Assembly (NCBI RefSeq): GCF_004010195.1
Contig: NC_057753.1
Span: 7,803,304-7,867,303 of the forward strand
DNA: 64,000 nt
Direction of reading: 5' to 3'
From: Chiloscyllium plagiosum
Taxonomy: Eukaryota
Position numbers and translations under genes: made by a program. The notes under the pieces are model-generated. The model saw nothing but the letters and a program-made list of their open reading frames with translations. It had not been told where the DNA came from and made no database searches. This document shows, piece by piece, positions 1 to 10,292 of the stretch (its first letter is position 1; every line of letters starts with the position of its first letter).

Positions 1-19
1 GTAATGATATTGAACTTTA

Positions 20-160
20 GTGGGCAATGTTAAAAATCACGCAACGCCAGGTTATAGTCGAACAGCTTTATTTGAAAGCACACGTTTTCAGACCTAAAGT
101 TTCCAAATCGAAATAAACCTGTTGGACTATAAAGTGCTGTTACATCATTTTTTCACTTTG
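20..160. repeat. Internally deleted palindromic Penelope-type element (same family as 35380-35665)
   Basis: ttatagtcgaacagctttattt (52-73) is the reverse complement of aaataaacctgttggactataa (111-132) with 2 mismatches. The arms match those of the 35.4-35.7 kb element. Confidence 0.65.
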
Positions 161-429
161 TCAGATAATAGTCAAGTTGACTTGTGAACCTTAACTTGTT
201 CATTTGAGGGCGCTTATTTTAGTTGTTTCATGCAATAGAGATTAAATGATTGTTACAGTTCTTGATTGACAAATAGACTAGTTCATACGTAGCTGAATTA
301 CTATCTGCTCAGTATTCAGCACAATTCAGAATTCCTTAGATCCTGAAGGTTTCCATGTCCAATATAAGTAAGTTAATGAGGGAATGAAATACACGTTACG
401 TGGGGATTTGCACAGATAAGCTGCAGAGG

Positions 430-1525
430 TAGACTGTGAGATGGCAAATGTACTTTAATTCAAAAAAGTCTGAGAGAAATCACTTTAGTAGGAATAAAGA
501 GAACTGGGCAGATGGTAAGATTCCTGGATAGTGCAGATCATCAGAGATATCGGCGTCCATGTGCATAGATCCCTGAAATTTGCCCCGCAGGTTTGATTGG
601 ATTGGATTACCGACAGTGCGGAAACAGACCCGTCGGTCCAGCAAGTCCACACCGACACTCAAGCGTTACCCATCCACCTATTCCCTACTAATACGCCTAT
701 AACTATGGGCAATTTAGTGTGGCCAATTGATCTGACCCGCACATCTTTGGGCTGTGTGAGAAAACCACAAACCTGGAGGAAACCCACGCAGACGCAGGGA
801 AAATGTGCACACTCCACACAGACATTCACCCGACGCTGGAATCTAACCCGGGTCACTGGCGCTACAAGGCAGCAGTGCTAACCACAAAGCCATTCTTGAG
901 AGGGTTGTTTAAGAAGGCAGATGGTATGCTAGCTTTCATTGGGTGAGGGATTGAGTTTTGGAGCCACGAGATCATGTTGCAGCTGTACAAAACTCTGGCG
1001 CAGCCACACTTGGAGTATTGCACAGTTGGGGGCATCGCATTACAGGAATGAAGTGGAAGCATTGGAAAGGGTTCAGTGGATATTTACTGGCATGTTGCCT
1101 AGTATGTAGGGAATGTCTTATGACGAATGGCTGTGTGTCCTGAAGCTGTTTTTGTAGAGAGAAGAAGGTTGAGAGGCATATCAGAGACCTAGAAGATAAT
1201 CCGAGGGTTAGTGGGGTGGACAATGAGAGCCATTTTCTTCCAATAGCGATGGCTAGTACGAGGGGCCATAGCTTTAAATTGGTTGTGATCGATATAGGAG
1301 AGATATCAGGATAGTTTCTTTACTTAGAGAGTAGTAGCGGCATGGAAAACACTGCCTGCAACAGTAGTCGACTCGTCAAATTTAAGGGCATTAAATGTTC
1401 TTTGGGTTTAAGTATGTTTATAGTGACATAATGTAGTACATATAGACTTCAGATTGGTTCCACAGGTCGGTACAACACCGAGGGCTAAAGGGTCTGTACT
1501 GCGCTGTAATGTCAATGTTCTACTT
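430..1525 (+). mobile_element. CR1 LINE 3' fragment (RT C-terminus and 3'UTR), interrupted by a SINE
   Basis: Decayed CR1 RT C-terminal sequence (MLQLYKTLAQPHLEYC), ending in the CR1-type tail gggtctgtactgcgctgtaatgtcaatgttcta. Confidence 0.85.
594..893 (-). mobile_element. HE1-type V-SINE inserted in CR1
   Basis: The minus strand shows a tRNA-like head, the V-domain (gtgtggagtgtgcacattttccctgcgtctgcgtgggtttcctcc) and a CR1-derived tail. Colinear with 56072-56389. Confidence 0.85.
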
Positions 1526-1860
1526 TCTATTTGCATTCAGAAATATATAGGAATGTGTAATATAACAGAACTGAAATAGGTCAATGTTTTGGGTCGGGAT
1601 ACGATATGGATTGAAATTTAGAGTGACTTCAAAAACGCAATGTCACTATGCTCAGCACAAAAGTGAGCAAACGGATAATGCAACATGCTAACAGACTAAA
1701 TCAGTCTCCAGGAATGACTAGGTAGAGCAATGCAATTCATCGTTAGAGAATGCAGAATGTGACTGTCTGTGAAAATAAATATTTGTGCAGTTTTCTAGTC
1801 ATTAAAAGTTAATGAATGAACCATGGTGTACAGAATTAATAATGGTATAAAGAAATCTAC

Positions 1861-2053
1861 CGGGAACTCCGGTGATCGTGAGGATAGGATAGTAACCTGG
1901 TTGAATTACTTCAAGTACATATTGAATCCGCTGTTCTAATTTCAGCCAGTTGTAATATGTGAGATAGAAAAGTGACCAGTAATAACTCTTGTCCATTGTC
2001 GTAGCGTTCCAATCTTGGGTCCCCAGATTCTGACCCATCGTTGCAGCATTCAT
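1861..2053 (-). CDS. First coding exon of a GPR139/GPR142-like class A GPCR (exon 2 outside the window, to the left)
   Basis: Reads MNAATMGQNLGTQDWNATTMDKSYYWSLFYLTYYNWLKLEQRIQYVLEVIQPGYYPILTITGVP-G|gtagat. The YYP..G.P start of TM1 and the phase-1 donor match exon 1 at 37800-37869. Contains an N-A-T glycosylation sequon. The start could alternatively be the ATG at 2038. Confidence 0.75.
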
Positions 2054-2707
2054 GTTTGTTGATCTCAGATTCTCTTTGTTTTCTACCTGCTTTCCCATTG
2101 GCAGTGTCGAATAACACATTGAGAGCAGTGCCTTATTAATTGAAGAGTGTAATCCTCCAGACACACAATTCGCCTCCACGGAGAGGACCATTAATTATAC
2201 TCACTAAACAAACAGGATGAAATCATTTACACTTCAATATAGACCGCTTTTTCTTTTATCGTGGAAAATGTATCGACTGTCGATGGGATTTATGAACGTC
2301 GTTAATCAAGGCAATGATGGAAATTGCCGAAAACCTGAACAAGATCGTTCATTGTTCCTTGGATGCGGAAATGATGCAGGGACATGAGGCCTTCAATTGT
2401 TTCAAGCTCCCAGCACCTTGGAACAGCAGAAAACCCAACACAATGTCAGAGAATATTTATGGAACCTTTAGAGGTATAATTCCAGGAGAAAGTAGTTGGT
2501 TATTGGTGCACCAGGGACGTTTTTCGCTCTAGTCCAATTTTTCCACAAGTTGCAAAATATGAAATGGTGTTTCTATTAACAAAATATTCAATTAAGTAGC
2601 GAATCTGTGTCAGGCAAAAAATGAATAAATGGTGTTTAAAAGAGGCTAATTTAACAAATGTAACTTTTTTCATGCACCCACACAGCAATGTTCTTTTACA
2701 TAATTAG

Positions 2708-2926
2708 GAGCCGCACGATGGCTCAGTAGTTAGCATTGCAGCCTCGCGGCACCACGTAACTGGGTTTGATTCCAACCTCGTGATGTATTTTCCAGGCTAA
2801 ATTGCCCAGAGTGTTCATGAAGGTTTACAGTCTGTACATTAGGGGAATGGGTCTGGCTGGGTTACTCTTCAAAGGGTTGATGTGGATCTGTTGTGTCGAA
2901 GGGCCCCACACTGTAGCGATTCTATA
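2708..2926 (+). mobile_element. HE1-type SINE, internally deleted
   Basis: A box tggctcagtagttagc, B-box-like gggtttgattcc, then gctaaattgccc and an HE1-type 3' end. Most of the V-domain is missing. Confidence 0.7.
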
Positions 2927-3559
2927 ATTTGTCAATAATATCAGAGACACAGACACAAACACAGACACAAACCGAAACAATACCACATGCCAAGACTGAA
3001 AAAAGCATTAGAAGCTGCCTTTCTGAAATAAAGGAAATGTTTTTTTAATTAATGAATTTGTGGAAGAAACCTTCAGGAATTTAATTATAACCTTGTAGCA
3101 TTTCTCTCGCTTTGCTTCTTGTCGATGATTCATTAGACACGTGCCTTTGGAGTCTTGACAGACTCAATTAGATTGGGAATTACAACATTGACCCAGTCTT
3201 TCAGTCTCTTTTCCCCGAAGACCTAATATGATTCAAACTGATCTCGTAAATCACAGAAGAGGTCAGCTGCTCAATTCTCCTCAAAAAGGTTTTTTTTTTC
3301 TCACAGACGAAAGTCCAGATAGAAGAAGCACTCTCAATCCAGTTCGTCACTGAACATGGAATGAAAGCTTACAAAGTGACATTGCATTAAATATAGCACC
3401 TCAAACAACAACAGCAAGCACAGACTTGTCGCCCGCGGTAAATCTTCTTTCCAAACATCGGAGGCGGGGTTTGGGGGCCGGTGGTGTGGTGGTGGTAATG
3501 CCTAACAATTGGGAAAGCTGGTTCACATTCATTTCACCCAACAATCTGACATTTTAAGA

Positions 3560-4080
3560 CACACGGAATCAAACGTTGCAAACACTGTGATAGAAAACAC
3601 CATCACTATTCTTGGCGATGACAGGTACCACCATCAGGCCGAAATCAGCTGAGGTTGGTATCCAGACCTACATGGAAGGGAGCCGTGCCGGATGCACTCA
3701 CCATTGGCTTTAGACCCTTGAAAACTAGTGTCATCATGTCAAATACGGGCAAGTAAACCTAATGTATTTTAATACGTCCCACGTTCCAACCTTGATTCTC
3801 AGCTGATGAATAAATATTCCGACATATTGAATTCAAATTGGAGGAAGCCCTGAGGATCGCAAGGCCTCAGTACATGTGCTGATTGGGCCGCTTGCTGTTA
3901 TATTGGAGTAATATTCCCTCGATCCACCTCTTCGATTTCTGGTCCATTTTTCATTGCTGAATGACGACTAAATGATGACCCTACTCTATGGGATCCATAG
4001 GGTCGGAAGTGCTGTACACCAGATCTGCTTCCTGAGAACAGGCAAAAAGAGCACCCGTATGTCCCCGATGACTTATTGTT
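3560..4080 (+). mobile_element. Highly decayed LINE (CR1/L2 group) endonuclease-region fragment
   Basis: Remnant motifs tcagctgatgaa and ttggaggaagccctgagg resemble a shark LINE endonuclease region as recalled from memory. No ORF. Confidence 0.4.
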
Positions 4081-4394
4081 CTTTTATAAGGTGCAGTTAA
4101 CGTTATATTTGTCAATCCACATGCTTTCAATCATTGGCCATTAAACAAATATTTATAGTTTCGGATGACCAGTGTACCCTTTACCCACTTCTATGTGAAA
4201 GTTAGTCTTTAGTCTTCCTCAGAGTAGACACGTTTTTCATGCTGACAGTAATGTAGTAAGAATAGGGTACATTTGTTACCAGATTATCTGTGGATATTGA
4301 GTCAACGGCAATTGCGAACACTGTATTTTTCATAATCGTTCCTAGTCGTTTTCCTATGCTCGATGGTTGGAGCTGTAATTACCACCATCAATGT

Positions 4395-4675
4395 TGTAAA
4401 TGCGAATTTCGGGTGAGAGGAGAAAGATTTAAAATGGATTGAAAGGGCAGCCTTTTCATCCAGAGGGTGGTGCATGTATGGAATGCGTGGTCAAGAGGCG
4501 CTAGGGAAATTACAACAATTAAAAGGCATTTGGATGGGTATATGATTAGGAAGGATTGCGTGGGATAAGGACCAAGTGCTGGAAAATGGAACCAGATTAA
4601 TTTAGAATATCTGGATGGCATCAAAGAGTTGCACTGAAGTGTCTGTTTCCGTGCTTTGCATCACTATGACTCTAG
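4395..4675 (+). mobile_element. CR1 3' end fragment
   Basis: gggtgagaggagaaagatttaaaa...cagagggtggtgcatgtatggaatg...ctatgactcta tail. Confidence 0.8.
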
Positions 4676-5134
4676 AAATGCTTGGAAAATTCAAATTTAA
4701 AAAGAACATATGATCCAATCATCCTAACCTTGATAAGAAAATGTCTTCCCTCTTCCCATAACTAATTTACAACCCATCTAAATAAATTTCAGGTGCAAGC
4801 GTATTTCCTATTCCTTGATTTTATTTTGTGGATAAAATAATAAAATCATTGGTACTGTTCATACCAATTTTGAAGCGACTACTAGGTTTAAGTTGACACC
4901 ACTGGATCTCTCTGACATGATACCAGGGCACAGTCCCTTGCTGTTCATGTTCTTCTTCTGTTTCTCTGAGTGGCGGGACGTTTTAAACCACAATTGTGTT
5001 TGCAATGTCCAAGTCATCTTATGGATTGAACTGAGGTTCAGTCACAAAGGGGGCACTTCGTGGGCAAATTCAGAAGTGGTTTCAAGTATCTCTTTTTCTG
5101 GAGGATATTAGTGAGGATATTCATTCAGAGTATA

Positions 5135-5440
5135 TGGGCTTCGTTGGATCGGCTACCATTCACTGCTCATCTCTAAATATCCAGAATGAAGTTGGGAGTA
5201 AGCCAGAAGGTCGAGGGTCTGTAGTTACATGTACGCCAGTCAGGTTTTGTTCCCAACAGGATATTAGCGAATCAGATATTTTTGTTTCTACCCCTTCCAA
5301 TCGACGTCAGTTTCATTGCTGTCATTAGATTTTTAATTCCAGGTTAATATTAAATTCAAATTCCATCATCTACCATAGCCAGATCAGATTGTAGTATCAG
5401 CAAACATTACCTGAGATTCGGATAATGCCTTCATGCCATC
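5135..5440 (-). mobile_element. Decayed SINE, probably DeuSINE/SacSINE1-like (second copy at 27110-27400)
   Basis: Shares gggtctgtagttacatgta and ttaattccag...aaattccatcatct blocks with 27110-27400. The family name is from recall. Confidence 0.5.
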
Positions 5441-5543
5441 TAATGCATCTTCTCTGCACTGAGATGCATACTGTCACCGCTGTGATTTTATGTATTTAGG
5501 TTTGTGTAAATATTTGTAACTGTGATATGGGTGCAGTTATTAT

Positions 5544-6300
5544 GGGTGTGTTCGCCCTGCTGGGGAGGTGTTTTCCAGATGTTTTGTTACCTTTATAAGT
5601 GACATACTCAGTGCTTTAGATTCTCCTGTGAAGTGCTTTTGTACTGTATCTGACAGAATTTATTTGGTTTCATTCCCGTTGCTTCCGTTCGCCGATTTTG
5701 GTTGTTCAGTGCAGTGGTTTGTATGTTCGGTCTGGATCAACGTATTTATTGATAGTGTCCTTGGATGACTGCTGTGCTTCTAAATATTATCTGTTTGTAC
5801 TCTGTTTGGCTGGCCCTCTAATTGTTTTTTGTCCCAGTCGAACCTATGGTCCCTGAGGTCCGTGTGAATAAATCGTATGGATAGCTGGTCGTGAGGTTTA
5901 GTGGCCAGTTGATGCTCATGAGTAAAGATCGCTAACTGTCTGTCTGTTTGTCCTATACAGTGTGGTGTGCAGTCCTTGCATGGAAGTTTGTACATCATGA
6001 GTATCCTGCATTTGATGGGTATTGGGTCTTTTCTTCTGGTGAGTTGTTTCATGCGCTGTCATGAATCCAAGTGATCAGAGAAGTCTGGGATCATGTGCAA
6101 GACTTTTTTTTTAAATATAAGGTCGAGCGTTTACTGTATCGGGTCATTGCATGTCCTCGTTGCTTGTTTGCCTGCCAGGTATTTGTGAATGAAGTTGCCG
6201 GGATATCCATTCAGGTCCGTGCGTGTGGTGGTTCCACTAATTTTTGTTTTCATTCCACGTTCTGTGTTCGTTCTGCCATCATGTATAGGAATGGGAATTG
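5544..6300 (-). mobile_element. Penelope-like element 3' part: GIY-YIG endonuclease remnant plus pseudo-LTR
   Basis: ORF 5780-6052 has MYKLPCKDC.PHCIGQTDRQLAIFTHEHQ (PLE GIY-YIG motif). The pLTR at 5544-5760 has a decayed hammerhead at 5575-5614. Confidence 0.85.
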
Positions 6301-6394
6301 ATTGTTAATTTCTTACTCTTTTTCAAAATTGATCACTGTGAACATGGTATTGACAATCCGGTATGTGTTCTCGATCTGTTCTTTTAATTATTAC

Positions 6395-6615
6395 AAAAAT
6401 GTCAATAAACATGTTGACGTATTTCCAATATACGGGTGACTGCAACGAACATCGGGAACCGGAAAATGGAAGCACTGAGAATGAAACCAAATAAATTCCA
6501 ACCGACTCAGTAATGCAGCGTGTCACCGGAGTTTCCACAGCACTGAGGATATCATTTCGATAGGGGACGAAACGTCTACAATTAATCTTCCCAGCTCGGC
6601 GAACATATTGACAAC
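6395..6615 (+). mobile_element. Inverted Penelope pseudo-LTR with a hammerhead core
   Basis: Reverse-complement homologue of 5544-5760 (shared gaatgaaaccaaataaatt). gca-CTGAGGA-...-GAAAC-GTC at 6540-6580. Confidence 0.8.
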
Positions 6616-6630
6616 AACTGCATGTCAGAT

Positions 6631-7194
6631 ATATAATTGACTCAGTGGTTTTGGAAGAAGTTAGTGAATCAAATGGGACAGATAACCTCCTCCCAACCAC
6701 CTCGTCAGATTTTACTTGTTTCTTGATCATTTTCTTCTGGACTTGAATTTCCACACGCTCCCACATTGTGCTCTGCAGCTATCCTGTCATTATTTGAACA
6801 CGTGGTTTAATCTTTAAGGGGGCATGGTGCATTCAATTACAGCAGCTAGTGGTGCATGGACTGTACGCATTGCGATATGATAAACTCTAGAACTTCGAGA
6901 AATATTCATGGAATATAATTGACTCAGTGGTTTTGGAAGAAGTTAGTGAATCAAATGGGACAGATAACCTCCTCCCAACCACCTCGTCAGGTTTTACTTG
7001 TTTCTTGATCATTTTCTTCTGGACTTGAATTTCCACACGCTCCCACATTGTGCTCTACAGCTATCCTGTCATTATTTGAACACGTGGTTTAATCTTTAAG
7101 TGGGCATGGTGCATTCAATTACAGCAGCAAGTGGTGCATGGACTGTACGCATTGCGATATGATAAACTCTAGAACTTCGAGAAATATTCATGGA
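6631..7194. repeat. Tandem duplication, 2 x 282 bp
   Basis: Units 6631-6912 and 6913-7194. Four substitutions seen by eye. Confidence 0.95.
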
Positions 7195-7545
7195 TTGAGC
7201 GATTCAACAAAGATAATCTGTTAAGCACGGAATGAAGTAGCATTAACACTGTCTGGAATAAGCTATTAAAAGGCATGTGCAAACATATGCAGAAATAGAA
7301 AGCAAATACCCATGTCTGGTCGAACAAATAGTCGAAAATACATTAAGACTGACAACTGCATGATAACTGGTTGTCTTGTGCCCTACAAAAGGATTTGATA
7401 AATTAACTGCAGGAAAGAGTCGACTTCAGGCATACCACCAATGTCAAATGAACAAGGAACTGCGAAGCTGCTTCTGATCAGAAGGCAAGGTGCATCATTG
7501 CGATATTTTGACTGAAGAAAATCGAAAACATCATAAATATAGTTT

Positions 7546-8311
7546 TTATGACTCGAAAGTGAAACCGTCTGTTAATTAAGCCAAACACCCAGAAAAGCTC
7601 ACCTCATCTTGTAATCTATTGTAAAATGATTGACAGAGAAATCACAGATTCCACTACTTAAACAAAATAATATCAGTTTATTTTAACTGCAAAGGTACAC
7701 ATTCGACAGCAACTTCTCACAACTCTAAGTTCCCCATTCTTTTAACCGTTTATTATCTACCTTCAAATCTATAAAAATATGATGTTCTAATAAAACACTG
7801 AATAAAATTACATCAACTTAATTTCAAAATAGCACAGCCTGTGTCATCTATAGTGTCTGCCTTCTTCCAGCTGAAGTTCTCTCTTAATTGTCTTTTTTCA
7901 TTTTACTGCCAATATGTTTCATATGAAAATGTACATTTGATAGATATTGCTTCCTAATTTCTTACTTCTCTCTCGATAGCAGTTGCTCTTTCTGCAAATT
8001 TCAAAATGAACACTTCTTTTATACCCCTAATATCGAAACATCTAACCGATTCGATGTTAGGAAAATAAATTCTACCTTGATTTGAGTTTCAGTATCCTGT
8101 TGTATAATGTAAGCTGTTTGCTTAAATTCGAATTCTTATGGAATAACAACCAACTCAGGTATCAATTTCACAGCCAAATGTTACATATGTTCAATTTCCA
8201 GTGCACCATTGGACAGCTATCGTGTCATTTGCACAGTTGCGTGGAAATTCTAAGTTTGGAACAGTGTTCACTCTCTTTTAAAGGTACAGAAAACGCTTTC
8301 AACGTCATAAC
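7546..8311. mobile_element. Probable solo LTR
   Basis: About 765 bp, non-coding, bounded by inverted ends ttatgac...gtcataa. The same end motif closes the Gypsy LTR at 60680. Confidence 0.45.
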
Positions 8312-8364
8312 CCTTTTAAATGTTGCTAATATAACCGCCGTTTACGTCAGGTGATGCTCTCTCG

Positions 8365-8820
8365 TCCTTGATTCACCAACCCTGTGACAACGATTAAGTG
8401 CATTCACCGTATCCATGCATCTCATCCTCTTATACATTTCTGTACGTCCCCTCTCAGTCTCCTACATTCGAAAGAAAAAAGGTCCGAGCTTATTCAACCT
8501 ACCTCTATGACTCAGACCTTTGAGTCCTGGCAACATCCTTCAAGGTTTCTTCAACACTCTTTCCAGTTTAATAACATCCTTCCTATAGCAAGGTGACCTA
8601 AACTGAACACAGTACTTCAGGTGTGGCCTCGCCAACGTCCTATGCAACTGCAACATAACATCGCAATGTCTAACCTCAATGCCATGACTGATGAAGGCCG
8701 ATGTGCCAAAAGCCTTCTTCACTGCCCTGTCTACCTGTGGCTCCACTTTAAGAGAACAGTGAACCTGAACTACAAGATCCCTCTGTTCCACTGCACTCCT
8801 TAATGCCCTATCATTCACCA
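8365..8820 (-). mobile_element. CR1 RT C-terminal fragment
   Basis: ORF 8540-9040 contains QRDLVVQVHCSLKV...HLKYCVQFRSPCYRKDVIKLERV. Confidence 0.85.
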
Positions 8821-8829
8821 TGATGTGGA

Positions 8830-9872
8830 TATTGTGGATTGCTGTCGTTGGTCGCAGTGGGATATTGACAGGATGCAGATGTAGGCTGTGAAGTGACAGA
8901 TGGAAATCAAGTCGGAGGTATGTCAAGTGAGTCATTTTGCAATTTCGAATTTTAATGCAGAATGCATGGATAATGGGAAGGTTCTTTGCAATGTAGAGGA
9001 ATAGACGGATCTTAGGGCCATGTTCCCTCAAAGTTGCCATTCAAATTATTAGGGTTGTTAAGAGATTTAGTGTGTTGGTTTTCATTAGTGGGGGATTGAA
9101 TTCAAAAGCCACGAGGTTATGCTTCATCTCCACAAAGTCTTGGTTATATCTCCCTTGGAATATTGTGATTAGTTCTGATTGCCTCATATGAGGAAGGATG
9201 TAAAGTTTAGAGAGTATGCAGAGAAGATTGACCAGGATGCTGCCTGGACTGGAGGGCATATGCTATGAAGAAAGGTTGATGGAGCTAGAGCTTCTCTCAC
9301 TGCAGCGAAGGTGGATGAGAGATGACTTAATAGAGGTGTCCGGGATAATACAAAGCATAGATAGAATGAACAGAAAGACATTTTAATCACAGAAAGTTTA
9401 GAGAGTATGCAGAGAAGATTGACCAGGATGCTGCCTGGACTGGAGTGCATATGCTATGAAGAAAGGTTGATGGAGCGAGAGCTTCTCTCACTGCTGCGAA
9501 GGTGGATGAGAGATGACTTAATAGAGGTGTCCAGGATAATACAAAGCATAGATAGAATGAACAGAAAGACATTTTAATCACAGAGCGGAAATGGCTAGCT
9601 CAAGGGAGCATAATTATAACGTGATTGGAGGAAGGTTTAAGGGAGATGTCAAAGGTAGTTTTTTTAACACAGAGATGGTGGGTGCGGAGACAGCACTGCC
9701 AGCAGTGGTAGGAGAGTCGATTATATTAGGGACATTTAAGCGACTCTTGGCTAGGCTGATAGTAAAATTAAGGGTATGTCAGTTTGCTTGATCCTGAAGT
9801 AGAATATAAAGTTTGGCAAAACATCGAGAGCCGAAGGGTTATAATGTGCTGTGCTGTTCTATGTTCTGTGGT
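8830..9872 (+). mobile_element. CR1 3' fragment with an internal 191-bp tandem duplication
   Basis: RT C-terminus and a gtgctgttctatgttctg tail. Duplicated units 9202-9392 and 9393-9583. Confidence 0.85.
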
Positions 9873-10156
9873 CTAAACCAAAATCAACATTCTGCATATA
9901 ATTTAAGATTGGGTGTTTCCATTCAAATTGTGAGTAGGTTCACTCCAGCCACGTTACCATATCAAGATGGATAGGCAGACTTAAACATTGCTGTAATCAA
10001 TTAGTTCCCGTTCAGACTGAGATTTTTTTCCGAAGGTGAAAATTGGTCAGAGATTTGAAATCCATCTCTACTATTGGACCATATGAATAAGAACCACAGT
10101 CAATTTACAGCTATCAATGATATTCACTACGTGTACACTCAGAAGAAAAGTCCAGC

Positions 10157-10290
10157 AAACACAGAGAATGCAGAAGACATTCAATAGTTCTGAAGAGTTA
10201 CACCAGACTCTAAAAGTTAATCCTCTTTTACTTTTTAGTGCCGGTCTGTTGAGATTTTCTAGCATTTTCTGCGCTTTTTTCAGATTTCAA
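10157..10290. repeat. Decayed palindromic element with a hammerhead remnant
   Basis: Inverted arms aaacacagagaatgc... and ...gcattttctgcgcttt. Central ctgaaga-gttacaccagactc-taaaagtt. Confidence 0.45.
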
Positions 10291-10292
10291 GA

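Noticed and set aside
8365-9872. Twin-priming inversion of a single CR1
   Set aside because: The two oppositely oriented pieces cover the same RT region and differ in sequence, so they are independent insertions.
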